Notes under the pieces: generated by a model | Told to the model about the DNA's origin: nothing | What the model saw: the letters and a program-made list of their open reading frames with translations, nothing else | Databases searched by the model: none | Assembly: GCA_017640445.1 (NCBI GenBank) | Contig: JAEPQQ010000008.1 | Location: 2,536 to 66,535, forward strand | Reading direction: 5' to 3' | Origin: Bacteroidia bacterium | GTDB lineage: Bacteria > Bacteroidota > Bacteroidia > NS11-12g > UBA9320 | DNA: 64,000 nt | Made by a program: the position numbers and the translations under genes | In this document: positions 47,531 to 56,473 of the stretch, one piece after another | Position numbering within the stretch: the stretch's first letter is position 1 | Layout: every line of letters begins with the position of its first letter

Positions 47531-47564
47531 AACCGTTTGTCAATAATTTTAACGGTTCGTCACA
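47531..47564 (+). promoter_or_regulatory. Putative LytTR direct-repeat operator
   Basis: AACCGTTTGTCA (47531) and AACGGTTCGTCA (47551): 10 of 12 identical, 20-bp period. Confidence 0.6.
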
Positions 47565-47635
47565 CAAGAGGTCGCTCTTTCTTGCATTTGGCTCGATAAA
47601 TGAAGTTCTTAGTAGAAGCATCAAAGCAACATTTC

Positions 47636-48967
47636 ATGAAGAAAAGTCTTTTAACCCTCATTGTTGTATTAACTCATGGCTTAGTCTTTGCACAAGGTAT
47701 TGAGTTTAAACAAGGAAGTTGGGCCGAAGCCCTTACCGAAGCGAAAGCGTCCGACAAAATGGTTTTTGTCGATGTATACACCACCTGGTGTGGGCCATGC
47801 AAGGCCATGGATAAAAACGTATTTCCGCTGAAAGAGGTGGGAGATGTATACAATAACGACTTTGTCTGTTACAAAGTGGATGCTGAAAAAGGCGAGGGAA
47901 TTTCAATCGCCAAAAAGTACAACGTAAAAGCATATCCCACTTATTTGTTCGTAAAACCGGACGCGGCTCTGGTTATGGCTTCTGTTGGTGGTATGACGTC
48001 TAACGATTTTCTAAAGCTCGCGGCATCAGCACACAACCAGGCCAACGATTTCAAACCCCTATCGGAATGGGAAGAAGAATACGCAAGAAAACAAGATGAC
48101 GCCACATTTTTACTTGAGTACATCAATAAAAGATATAGCCAGGGTAAGTCTAGCATTGAACTGATGGACCAATACCTTTTCCTTGTTTCCAGTGAAGAAA
48201 GAGTTAGTGAGGCGGTTGTGGAGATGTACAATAAGGAAAAGCGCAACATTACCATATGGTCACAGGCCTATTCGAATCTTCGGGAAAACTATAAACTGTT
48301 TGGACCCCGGCTCTCTGCCGGAGCAGTTATGAGTATGGCGGTTGACAATTCACTTAAAAGAGCAATAGCAGAAAGCAGTGATACCTTGTTTTTACAGGTG
48401 TTGGAAGCCAACGAAACCATACCCGATGGTACAGGGCGAGTATTGAAGGAAAAACTTTGTCTCGGATACTACAAAAGTGTTGGACCATTTGATAAATATT
48501 CAGAATACGCAACCGAATATTGTGAGAATCGGGTGATGCGTGTAACCATGGACTCCATAGCTAGATTGGAAAAGAAATCGTTGCAATCTTTTGATGACCA
48601 ACGCTGGAGGTTTGAGATGGTAATGGATTCGGCTCAGATTGCAAGTCTGAGAGAAAATGTAGCAAATGCTGCTCGACAAGACTTGAGTGCAGACCTCAAC
48701 AACATCGCCTGGGAGTTCTTTTTGCATGCAACAGAACCTGAGGAACTTCAGAAAGCATTGGTGTGGTCTAAACGTGCCACTGAAATAGCCCCAGCAAACA
48801 TAGAAGCCATGGATACCTATGCCAATCTGCTTTACAAGATTGGAGACAGAAAAAAGGCCGTCAAGTTAGAGAAGAAACTTCTCAGTCAGATTGATCCAAA
48901 TGACGTAAACATAAAGTCGTATGAAGAGGTGTTGAGAAAGATGAAGGCGGGAGAGGAAACGTGGTAA
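47636..48967 (+). CDS. Exported thioredoxin-family protein with C-terminal helical/TPR region
   Basis: Signal peptide; VFVDVYTTWCGPCKAMDK, YPTYLF; C-terminal LNNIAW...DTYANLLYK.G. Confidence 0.88.
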   Translation: MKKSLLTLIVVLTHGLVFAQGIEFKQGSWAEALTEAKASDKMVFVDVYTTWCGPCKAMDKNVFPLKEVGDVYNNDFVCYKVDAEKGEGISIAKKYNVKAYPTYLFVKPDAALVMASVGGMTSNDFLKLAASAHNQANDFKPLSEWEEEYARKQDDATFLLEYINKRYSQGKSSIELMDQYLFLVSSEERVSEAVVEMYNKEKRNITIWSQAYSNLRENYKLFGPRLSAGAVMSMAVDNSLKRAIAESSDTLFLQVLEANETIPDGTGRVLKEKLCLGYYKSVGPFDKYSEYATEYCENRVMRVTMDSIARLEKKSLQSFDDQRWRFEMVMDSAQIASLRENVANAARQDLSADLNNIAWEFFLHATEPEELQKALVWSKRATEIAPANIEAMDTYANLLYKIGDRKKAVKLEKKLLSQIDPNDVNIKSYEEVLRKMKAGEETW

Positions 48968-49098
48968 TTGCACGAATGAGGTAATTTTTTGACTTGACCC
49001 AAATCGGAGCAACTAAGGTATTTTTACTCTTTTTTTGTCTTTTACAAAACGAATCGTGTAATTGAGAAGCCAAAACGTACATAACCGTACAAACTCGA

Positions 49099-50463
49099 AT
49101 GGCTTTTGATTTTTTAAACAGACAACGTTCTATCGCCAAACCAGGATTTAATCGATGGTTAGTTCCGCCAGCGGCATTGACAATACACCTGTGCATTGGT
49201 CAGATTTATGCCTACAGCGTCTTCAATGAACCGTTGACCCGTATTCAGGGAATTAGCCATTCTGCTCCCAACGACTGGCACTTAACCACTATTGGTTGGA
49301 TTTTCTCCATCGCACTGTTTACACTGGGAGCATCCGCAGCCCTGTTTGGTAAATGGTTGGAGCGTGTTGGACCCAGAAAAGCCATGTTCATCTCGGCGCT
49401 CTGTTTTTCAGGTGGCTTTCTCGTGGCCGCTCTGGGAGTTTACTTCCACCTGATTTGGTTGGTGTATCTTGGTCATGGAGTGTTAGGTGGTATCGGCCTC
49501 GGAATCGGATATATCTCTCCGGTGTCAACCTTAATAAAGTGGTTCCCCGATCGGCCTGGCATGGCTACCGGCATGGCCATTATGGGTTTTGGAGGTGGAG
49601 CAATGATTGCAAGCCCGCTTTCTGTTGGCCTTATGAGTCATTTTTCATCCGCAACGTCAACCGGTGTTACACAAACCTTTATGGTAATGGGTTTGCTGTA
49701 CTTCCTCTTTATGATGTTTGGAGTTTTAACCGTACGGGTTCCCGCAGAGGATTGGAAGCCAGCGGTATGGAGTTCTGAGGAGGCCCGTGCAAACCAAACC
49801 TCCGAGCAATACGTTGATGCCAATCAGGCCATTAAAACGCCTCAGTTTTACCTGCTCTTTGCCGTATTGGCACTTAATGTTACTGCTGGTATTGGAGTGT
49901 TGGGGCAGGCTTCAGTAATGATTCAGGAAATGTTTTCGGTTGATTCTGTTCCAGAAAAGATGGTTGTAAGCGCTGCGGCAGCGGGAGGTTTTGTGGGCCT
50001 TTTAAGTATTTTTAATATGCTGGGGAGGTTTGCGTGGTCGTCTTTATCGGATCGATTGGGCCGAAAGAAAACATATACCCTGTTCTTTGTTTTGGGCGCC
50101 TTGCTTTATGTGTTAGTGCCATTTGCGGGAACGACTGGAAGCGTTGTTCTATTTGTAGGATGTTTTGCACTGATCATCAGCATGTACGGAGGGGGATTTG
50201 CTACCGCACCTGCTTACCTGAAAGACCTTTTTGGAACCGCCCAGGTTGGAGCCATCCATGGAAGACTGCTTTTGGCATGGTCGCTTGCTGCTATTCTGGG
50301 CCCTGTATTGGTCAACTATATTCGAGCCTATCAGATTGAAGAATTGCATATGGCGCCGGCTAAAGCGTACTCAATCACCATGTACATAATGGCCGGTTTG
50401 TTGATGATTGGACTGATTTGCAATCTCTTGATAAAACCAGTAGATAAGAAACACTTTGCCTAG
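49099..50463 (+). CDS. OFA-family (oxalate/formate antiporter-like) MFS transporter
   Basis: About 12 TM segments. RWLVPPAAL.IHLCIGQ.YA.SVF, GYISPVSTLIKWFPDRPGMATG.AIMGFGGGA and YGGGFAT.PAYL.DLFG...VGAIHGRLL. Confidence 0.9.
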   Translation: MAFDFLNRQRSIAKPGFNRWLVPPAALTIHLCIGQIYAYSVFNEPLTRIQGISHSAPNDWHLTTIGWIFSIALFTLGASAALFGKWLERVGPRKAMFISALCFSGGFLVAALGVYFHLIWLVYLGHGVLGGIGLGIGYISPVSTLIKWFPDRPGMATGMAIMGFGGGAMIASPLSVGLMSHFSSATSTGVTQTFMVMGLLYFLFMMFGVLTVRVPAEDWKPAVWSSEEARANQTSEQYVDANQAIKTPQFYLLFAVLALNVTAGIGVLGQASVMIQEMFSVDSVPEKMVVSAAAAGGFVGLLSIFNMLGRFAWSSLSDRLGRKKTYTLFFVLGALLYVLVPFAGTTGSVVLFVGCFALIISMYGGGFATAPAYLKDLFGTAQVGAIHGRLLLAWSLAAILGPVLVNYIRAYQIEELHMAPAKAYSITMYIMAGLLMIGLICNLLIKPVDKKHFA

Positions 50464-50466
50464 TTT

Positions 50467-50568
50467 ATGAAGAAGCATTTAAAACTCATTTTAGCATGGT
50501 CTTTTGTAGGTGTCCCGTTGTTGTGGGGTGTAGCGCAAACCATAGTCAGGTCGCTGGCACTTTTCTAG
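50467..50568 (+). CDS. MFS transporter small subunit (33 aa, absent from the ORF track)
   Basis: My translation: MKKHLKLILAWSFVGVPLLWGVAQTIVRSLALF*. It starts 3 nt after the OFA stop and has the AW..VG.PL.WGV..T....ALF signature. Confidence 0.8.
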   Translation: MKKHLKLILAWSFVGVPLLWGVAQTIVRSLALF

Positions 50569-50643
50569 TTGGGGAAAGGTGGCCATAACTGGTAAATAAA
50601 TTTCCTGTTACTTTTGGGGAAGGTTGATAAAAGAAGCGATGTG

Positions 50644-50671
50644 GGTAGGGTGTTTCCCCTATATGTTGTAT
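50644..50671 (+). promoter_or_regulatory. Putative ECF-sigma (autoregulatory) promoter
   Basis: GGTAGGG(50644)-N16-TGTAT(50667), with the same boxes and spacing as the motif upstream of pgsB. Confidence 0.6.
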
Positions 50672-50693
50672 AAATAATTAGAAGGAGCAATAA

Positions 50694-51191
50694 GTGAACG
50701 TGATGGACGAGTTCAAAGCCCTGTTTGACGAGTGTGCAGAAGGCCTTCGAAACTATATTTATTATAAGTTTAGCGATGAAGAATTGGCAAATGATATTGT
50801 ACAGGATGCCTTCATGAAGATATGGGAAGTACGGGAAACAGTGCAATGGAAATCCGCAAAAGGATTGTTGTACACTACGGCCACCAATCTTGCTAAGAAC
50901 CATTTGAAACACCAACAAGTGAAGCTTAATTTCAGTTTAATAAATAATCAGCCGGAAAGCGATTCCACAACACCCCATTTTATGTTGGAGCAACAAGAGT
51001 TTGAACTGCAACTTAAGGGTTGTATAGGCCGGCTACCACCGCCCTCTCGCGAGGCTTTCTTGCTCAACCGAATTGACAAAAAGAAGTATCGGGAAATTGC
51101 GGAGATGCTCGAGATCAGTATAAAAGCCGTTGAGAAGAGAATCAGTATCGCAATTAAGCAGCTAACCCAGTGTGTAGGTTTTAAAATCTAG
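50694..51191 (+). CDS. ECF RNA polymerase sigma-70 factor
   Basis: Region 2 ANDIVQDAFMKIWE...LY....N...N; region 4 LPPPSREAFLL.R.....Y.EIAE.L.IS.KAVEKR. Confidence 0.92.
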   Translation: MNVMDEFKALFDECAEGLRNYIYYKFSDEELANDIVQDAFMKIWEVRETVQWKSAKGLLYTTATNLAKNHLKHQQVKLNFSLINNQPESDSTTPHFMLEQQEFELQLKGCIGRLPPPSREAFLLNRIDKKKYREIAEMLEISIKAVEKRISIAIKQLTQCVGFKI

Positions 51192-52151
51192 ATGATGGAG
51201 GAAAAGTCAAACATAGAAAAGTGGGTAGAAAGCGGATTGGACAGTGAACTGCTCAGGAGGCTGAAGGATGAGAATCCGAATGACATTGAACTGCAGAAGG
51301 CAGAGCTGATTGTGAATGGGGCTGAGAACCTCCGACCCAATTACCAAACCAGTAAACAAGATCTATGGGAGCAGGTTCAAGGAAAGATTACCGAACAAGC
51401 AGATGCTCAACCCACAACCACCAAGCAACTCAGGTTTAATGGTTGGATGGCAGCCGCCTCGGTTATCCTCGTAGTGGGTGTGTTGGCCATATGGAGAATG
51501 GTAGCGGGCTCTGGTGAGGACCTGATTGCCATACAGACCAATGTGGCGGAGACGAGCAAGGTGCAACTGCCAGATAAATCATGGGTGGTCCTAAATGCTG
51601 GCAGTAAGCTTGAATACAACATCGACGATTGGTCGGATAAAAGGGTTGTGCACCTGAATGGAGAGGCGTTCTTTGATGTGGAAAAGGGTTCGAAATTCAC
51701 CGTGAATACAGCGCTTGGTAGGGTGACCGTTTTGGGTACTTCATTTAATGTTAAAACACGAGAAGAAGTGTTGGTGGTAAGTTGTAAAACCGGTAAGGTT
51801 CAGGTGAACAACTCGCTTGGAGAGGAAGTACTGGTGCTTCCAGGCAGGTCTGTGCGATTCCAAAAAGGTAGTCGAGCTGTTGAGTCCGAAATTAATTCTG
51901 CTCACATAGATAGTTGGGTCTCTGGTCATTTCTATTTTACAGATGTCCCTATTGCAGAGGTGCTGAGTGAGTTGGAAAATCAGTTTGGTGTGAAAATAAC
52001 CGTTAGTGATTCAACCATCTATGAAAAACGCTATACAGGGTTTATAAACTCGAAAACAGAGCTAAGTCGGGTAGCTGAAGATATTTGTTTACCGCTTAAT
52101 CTGAGGTTTGAGATCAATGAAGGTGGAAAGGAAATCAAAATTGATTACTAG
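51192..52151 (+). CDS. FecR-family anti-sigma factor
   Basis: Single TM (WMAAASVILVVGV), LPDKSWVVLNAGSKL, RVVHLNGEAFFDV, VTVLGTSFNV and W..G.F.F...P..EVL.ELE..FGV.I. Confidence 0.92.
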   Translation: MMEEKSNIEKWVESGLDSELLRRLKDENPNDIELQKAELIVNGAENLRPNYQTSKQDLWEQVQGKITEQADAQPTTTKQLRFNGWMAAASVILVVGVLAIWRMVAGSGEDLIAIQTNVAETSKVQLPDKSWVVLNAGSKLEYNIDDWSDKRVVHLNGEAFFDVEKGSKFTVNTALGRVTVLGTSFNVKTREEVLVVSCKTGKVQVNNSLGEEVLVLPGRSVRFQKGSRAVESEINSAHIDSWVSGHFYFTDVPIAEVLSELENQFGVKITVSDSTIYEKRYTGFINSKTELSRVAEDICLPLNLRFEINEGGKEIKIDY

Positions 52152-54711
52152 GCTAATAACGTCAGTCTTCCTTGTCCTCTGTTCCATATATGCTTGTGGG
52201 CAGACGGCTCCACTGGTAACCGTGTCTGTTGACTCTACCAGAATGGAGGAGGTCTTACGTGATCTTGAAAAGCAATCCGGGGCACACTTTGCCTATAGTC
52301 CCGAGTTTATTAGCGGAATGTATGTGTCTCTTCACTTGGAAAATCAGCCGCTCGACACGGTGATTCATCGTATGTTGAGTAATACGAATGTCTGTGTCCG
52401 GGAATCGGAGAATTTGCACTATTTATTGTTTAGATGTTCTATCAAACAATGGAAGCTCAAGGGGACGGTTTATGATCAGGAAACCGGAGAGACTCTACCC
52501 TTCGCAGATGTTTCGCTGGGCAATCACCGGGGTACAGTTGCCAATAACGGAGGACAGTTCTCCTTTTTTAATGTGACTGAAGACACCGTTCGGGTGCGTG
52601 TATATTACATTGGCTATCAACCCAGGGAAGTTATGGTTACCCAAAACACGGGTGAGGTTGATGTATCGCTTGATCGAACATCTACCGTATTGAAAGGGAC
52701 CCAGGTTGATGTCTATACCGAGTTTCTAAAGACCGGAAAGTTTTATAGTCAGCTTTCTATTAATACCGATCTTGTTAAAGGTTTTCCAACACTGGGAGAA
52801 CCTGACCCAATAAAAAGTATCAAGCTCTTGCCTGGGGTTGGTGGTAATGCCGAAACCAGCACGGGTATTGCTATGCGTGGAGGAAAATTTGATCAGACAA
52901 TGATCATGTTTGACGATTTCCAGTTATTGCATGTAGATCATTTCTTTGGCCTGTTCAGTGCGGTTAACCAGAATATGGTAAAAGATATTCAGGTTTACCG
53001 AAGTGGGTATAGTTCCAAATATTCAGGTTTTACCAGCGGACTCATCCGCATTACAGCTAAGGATGGAAATCGAAAACGGGTTTCTGGAGGTTTTTCGACC
53101 AATATGTACAGCTCCAGTGCATACCTTGAAGTGCCTATCCTAAAAAATCGATGGAGCACTGCTCTGTCATTCAGAACGGACAACGCCTGGGTGAATCATG
53201 AGTTTTGGACCGATGCAATTGTGCTTCCTCACATTGAGAACGAAATTCGGGTTAAATCTCCTTCTGCTGCAAATGCCGAAGACACTGAAGGCAGTATTGA
53301 TTTTTACGACCTAACGTTTAAGACGCGCTACCAACTCTCAGACCGACATAACATCAGCATCAGTTATTTTAATAGCCACGATCGGGTTGAAACATTGTAC
53401 AATAATGCGGTGAGTGATGAAGAGGATGTAATTAGTCAATTGGATTTGACCTCGTTTTGGAGAAATGGCGGGGCTTCCATAAAATGGGAGCACCAGATCA
53501 AGGAGAACTACAAGGCCGAGTTGATTTACACCCGGTCGCGGTTTAACAATGTAAGCCGGTTTAATCACATCCTGGAAGTGATCGAGGATGATACCCTGGA
53601 GAATATCCAGGATTTGGGAGTGACAAATCGATTTACCCAAGAGCACTATCGATACGATATTGAAATTAACCGTCCTAAATCCAACTGGTTTCTCGGAGCA
53701 GATGTTACTGTTTTTGAATCGCGGTTTAACTCAGTGGAAGAGGATGAGGAGTTTACCGATAATTTTAGAAAAAACTTGCCCGCGGTGTACGCTGAAAACA
53801 GAAGGACGTTGTCCAGCAAGTTGGAGATTCTATACGGATCGAGGTTTACGTATGAGGATGAAGATGCACAACTGTTTGTAGAACCCCGGGTGTCGGCATT
53901 CTACAAATTCGGAAAACGACTTAAATCAACGGTTTCGTATGGTTTGTATTACCAACATGCCAAACAATATGTTCCAGACCAGAGGGAGGGTCTGGTGCCC
54001 GATTATTGGTTGCTTCCCGATTATGAGTTAACCTTTCCCACACGTGCGCATATAGCATCAATTGGGTTGTCATACACCAAGGCTCGTTGGCTGGTAAATG
54101 CCGAAGTGTTTTACAAAGATGTATCAGACATGGCAGAACAGTTTCCTTCCATAAGTGACCTGTTTGAAAGCAATGCAGACTTCGTTAAGGTTTTAAGTTC
54201 GGGCACCAGTAGGGTGTTAGGAGGTGACCTCGTGGTGCGAAAGGAATACAAGAAATCCAGCATATGGGTGGGTTTGGGATTAAATCAGGTGAGAAACGGT
54301 TCCGATTCAATTCGTCAATCGGGTTATCAACCGTATTACACCAACCTCGGCGATGTTAAGCTGGGTTATGTATACCGTTGGAAAAAGTGGGAGGCCGGTT
54401 TGAACTGGGTGTGGTTGGGAGGCCGAAAATACACCCACGTAGATAATGATCTTCAGCTCTTGTCGGATGTTGAAATAGGCAATGATCTGTTACCCGACTA
54501 CCATCGCTTAGATGCGTCGTTGGCGTATAAGCTCACCATAAAGAAGCTCAATGGCGCTCTGAGGGCTAATTTGTTTAATGTGTACAATAGGAGAAACACG
54601 AGAACTATCAACTTTACCCACCTCGAGAGTGCACCCACTACACAACCTCAGGCAATCTCTGTAGCCACGCTTGGGTTTAGACCAAACCTCACTCTGGAGG
54701 TCAACTTCTAA
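52117..54711 (+). CDS. TonB-dependent receptor/transducer with N-terminal STN-like signalling domain and CarboxypepD_reg-like domain
   Basis: STN-like EEVLRDLEKQSG.HF.YS; GTVYD.ETGE.LPFA; plug GEPD.IK.I.LLPGV...RGG.FDQ; C-terminal LPDYHRLD...NVYNR.N...F. Start may be TTG 52141. Confidence 0.88.
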   Translation: MKVERKSKLITRLITSVFLVLCSIYACGQTAPLVTVSVDSTRMEEVLRDLEKQSGAHFAYSPEFISGMYVSLHLENQPLDTVIHRMLSNTNVCVRESENLHYLLFRCSIKQWKLKGTVYDQETGETLPFADVSLGNHRGTVANNGGQFSFFNVTEDTVRVRVYYIGYQPREVMVTQNTGEVDVSLDRTSTVLKGTQVDVYTEFLKTGKFYSQLSINTDLVKGFPTLGEPDPIKSIKLLPGVGGNAETSTGIAMRGGKFDQTMIMFDDFQLLHVDHFFGLFSAVNQNMVKDIQVYRSGYSSKYSGFTSGLIRITAKDGNRKRVSGGFSTNMYSSSAYLEVPILKNRWSTALSFRTDNAWVNHEFWTDAIVLPHIENEIRVKSPSAANAEDTEGSIDFYDLTFKTRYQLSDRHNISISYFNSHDRVETLYNNAVSDEEDVISQLDLTSFWRNGGASIKWEHQIKENYKAELIYTRSRFNNVSRFNHILEVIEDDTLENIQDLGVTNRFTQEHYRYDIEINRPKSNWFLGADVTVFESRFNSVEEDEEFTDNFRKNLPAVYAENRRTLSSKLEILYGSRFTYEDEDAQLFVEPRVSAFYKFGKRLKSTVSYGLYYQHAKQYVPDQREGLVPDYWLLPDYELTFPTRAHIASIGLSYTKARWLVNAEVFYKDVSDMAEQFPSISDLFESNADFVKVLSSGTSRVLGGDLVVRKEYKKSSIWVGLGLNQVRNGSDSIRQSGYQPYYTNLGDVKLGYVYRWKKWEAGLNWVWLGGRKYTHVDNDLQLLSDVEIGNDLLPDYHRLDASLAYKLTIKKLNGALRANLFNVYNRRNTRTINFTHLESAPTTQPQAISVATLGFRPNLTLEVNF

Positions 54712-54728
54712 ATTTTTTTGAGATAATA

Positions 54729-54756
54729 GGTAGGGTTTTTTTCAGCTCTCCTGTAT
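54729..54756 (+). promoter_or_regulatory. Putative ECF-sigma promoter for the pgs operon
   Basis: GGTAGGG(54729)-N16-TGTAT(54752), matching the motif at 50644. Confidence 0.6.
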
Positions 54757-54824
54757 TCCTTTCAATAAATGCCAATTCCGGATGACGCAACACGTCAGTA
54801 CGGTGAGCTTAGAAAATTGAAAGT

Positions 54825-56015
54825 ATGTTGAGTTTGACCATTATTATCATTGTTTCTGTTGGGTTAATCGTGTTCGGCGCGATTGAATACTCGAATCACC
54901 AACAACAGGTAAATACAATACCCATTCGAATCCATATAAACGGGACGCGAGGTAAATCAAGTGTTTCGAGATTGATTGGTGCAGGTTTACGAGCTGGCGG
55001 TTACAAAACCATTACGAAGGTAACCGGTACGTTTCCAAGACTCATTACCTCCGAAGGGTTAGAATCTCCCATCCATCGTAAAGAAAAGGCAAACATTCTT
55101 GAGCAGTTAAAGATCATACGGTTTAGTGCAAGGCAAAAAGTAGACGTTTTGATACTTGAGTGTATGGCCCTAAAACCCCAGTATCAGAAGATTTGCGAAC
55201 ATCAAATGGTAAGGGCCACCCACGGGGTTATAACCAATATTCGGCTGGATCACCTGGATGTGATGGGCCCAACGTTAGACGACGTGGCCAAGGCTCTGTG
55301 TGGTACCATACCTAAGAAGGCACAACTTTTTACAAGCGAAGACCGGTGTTTTGATTACGTACAGAAAATAGCGCGTAAAAGAAAAACAGGAGTACATCAG
55401 TCGCTCGGATTTAAGATAACCGATGACGAAGTAAAAGGGTTTGACTACATCGAGCACAAGGCCAATATCGATCTGGCTATGGACGTCTGTTTGTCTCTTG
55501 GTGTTGATCGGGCAAAAGCTTTGGCCGAGATGCAGAAAACCAGACCAGACGAAGGTGCACTGACTCAGTCGTTTATTAAAACCGAACGTAAAAGAGTGAC
55601 CTTCTACAACGGTTTTGCCGCAAATGATCCGGAGTCCACACTCATGATTTGGGAATCGATTACCAGAAACCTGAATCAGGACGAGCAAAAAACCATTTTG
55701 CTGAACACCAGAAAAGATCGTCAGGATCGAGCACGTCAACTCATTGAAATGGTAGCCCATAGGATGGACTTTGATGTGGTGGCGCTAATAGGAGAGTCTG
55801 TCGATTTGGTTGAGGACCTGGCATTGAGAAATGGAATTTCCAGAAAGAAAATACTGAAGATCGGCAGGCCGTCGTCCGAAAAACAGTTTGCCCATATTGT
55901 AAAAGCTTCAAAGAGTTCGGCTACCGTTCTGGGCATTGGAAATATGGGGGCAGGAGGAGCCGAATTGGCTCAGTGTTTCGAACATCACGCAAACAAATTA
56001 AAAGAAGCAGTATGA
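54825..56015 (+). CDS. pgsB: Poly-gamma-glutamate synthase PgsB/CapB
   Basis: N-terminal TM; IRIHINGTRGKSS, K.TGT, ECMAL.P.YQ, ITNIRLDHLDVMGPT, NGFAANDPEST and GIGNM. Confidence 0.93.
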   Translation: MLSLTIIIIVSVGLIVFGAIEYSNHQQQVNTIPIRIHINGTRGKSSVSRLIGAGLRAGGYKTITKVTGTFPRLITSEGLESPIHRKEKANILEQLKIIRFSARQKVDVLILECMALKPQYQKICEHQMVRATHGVITNIRLDHLDVMGPTLDDVAKALCGTIPKKAQLFTSEDRCFDYVQKIARKRKTGVHQSLGFKITDDEVKGFDYIEHKANIDLAMDVCLSLGVDRAKALAEMQKTRPDEGALTQSFIKTERKRVTFYNGFAANDPESTLMIWESITRNLNQDEQKTILLNTRKDRQDRARQLIEMVAHRMDFDVVALIGESVDLVEDLALRNGISRKKILKIGRPSSEKQFAHIVKASKSSATVLGIGNMGAGGAELAQCFEHHANKLKEAV

Positions 56016-56470
56016 TAGAATTAGCAATTGTATTAGGTGTGGTAATAAGCCTTGTGAGTATCGAGGCATTTGGGTTGGCAGCGGGAGGCATTATAATTCC
56101 AGGGTATATCTCACTTCAACTTACCTCTCCCGACCGGATTTTTGGTACCCTGTTGGTTGCCTTTGCAACCTTCTTGTTAATCAAAGGGATTTCAAAATTC
56201 ACCTTTCTCTTTGGTCGTAGACAAATGGTAGTCGCCTTGCTGATAGGAACTATTTTGTCAATAGTGTCGCATCACTTTATGCTCTTTAACACAGAAACGT
56301 CTACAGCTGAGTTTAGTGCTGTTGGGTGGGTGGTGCCAGGTCTTATAGCACATTGGGCTGCCAATCAAGGCTTCCTAAAGACCATGGGTATGTTGTCCAT
56401 AACATCGGTGGTGGTAAGGCTACTTGTAATTATATCGTTTAACGGGAGTCAGTTCCCACAATTGTACTAG
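56012..56470 (+). CDS. pgsC: Poly-gamma-glutamate biosynthesis protein PgsC/CapC
   Basis: ATGA overlap with pgsB. Hydrophobic, with GGIIIPGYISL, LFGRR and VGWVVPGLIAHW. Confidence 0.9.
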   Translation: MIELAIVLGVVISLVSIEAFGLAAGGIIIPGYISLQLTSPDRIFGTLLVAFATFLLIKGISKFTFLFGRRQMVVALLIGTILSIVSHHFMLFNTETSTAEFSAVGWVVPGLIAHWAANQGFLKTMGMLSITSVVVRLLVIISFNGSQFPQLY

Positions 56471-56473
56471 AGT

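Noticed and set aside
50565-50918. 117-aa minus-strand ORF
   Set aside because: It lies antisense over the ECF sigma gene and its promoter, with no recognisable motifs.
52117-54711. SusC of a polysaccharide utilisation locus
   Set aside because: It lacks SusC signature motifs, and no SusD or CAZyme genes follow.
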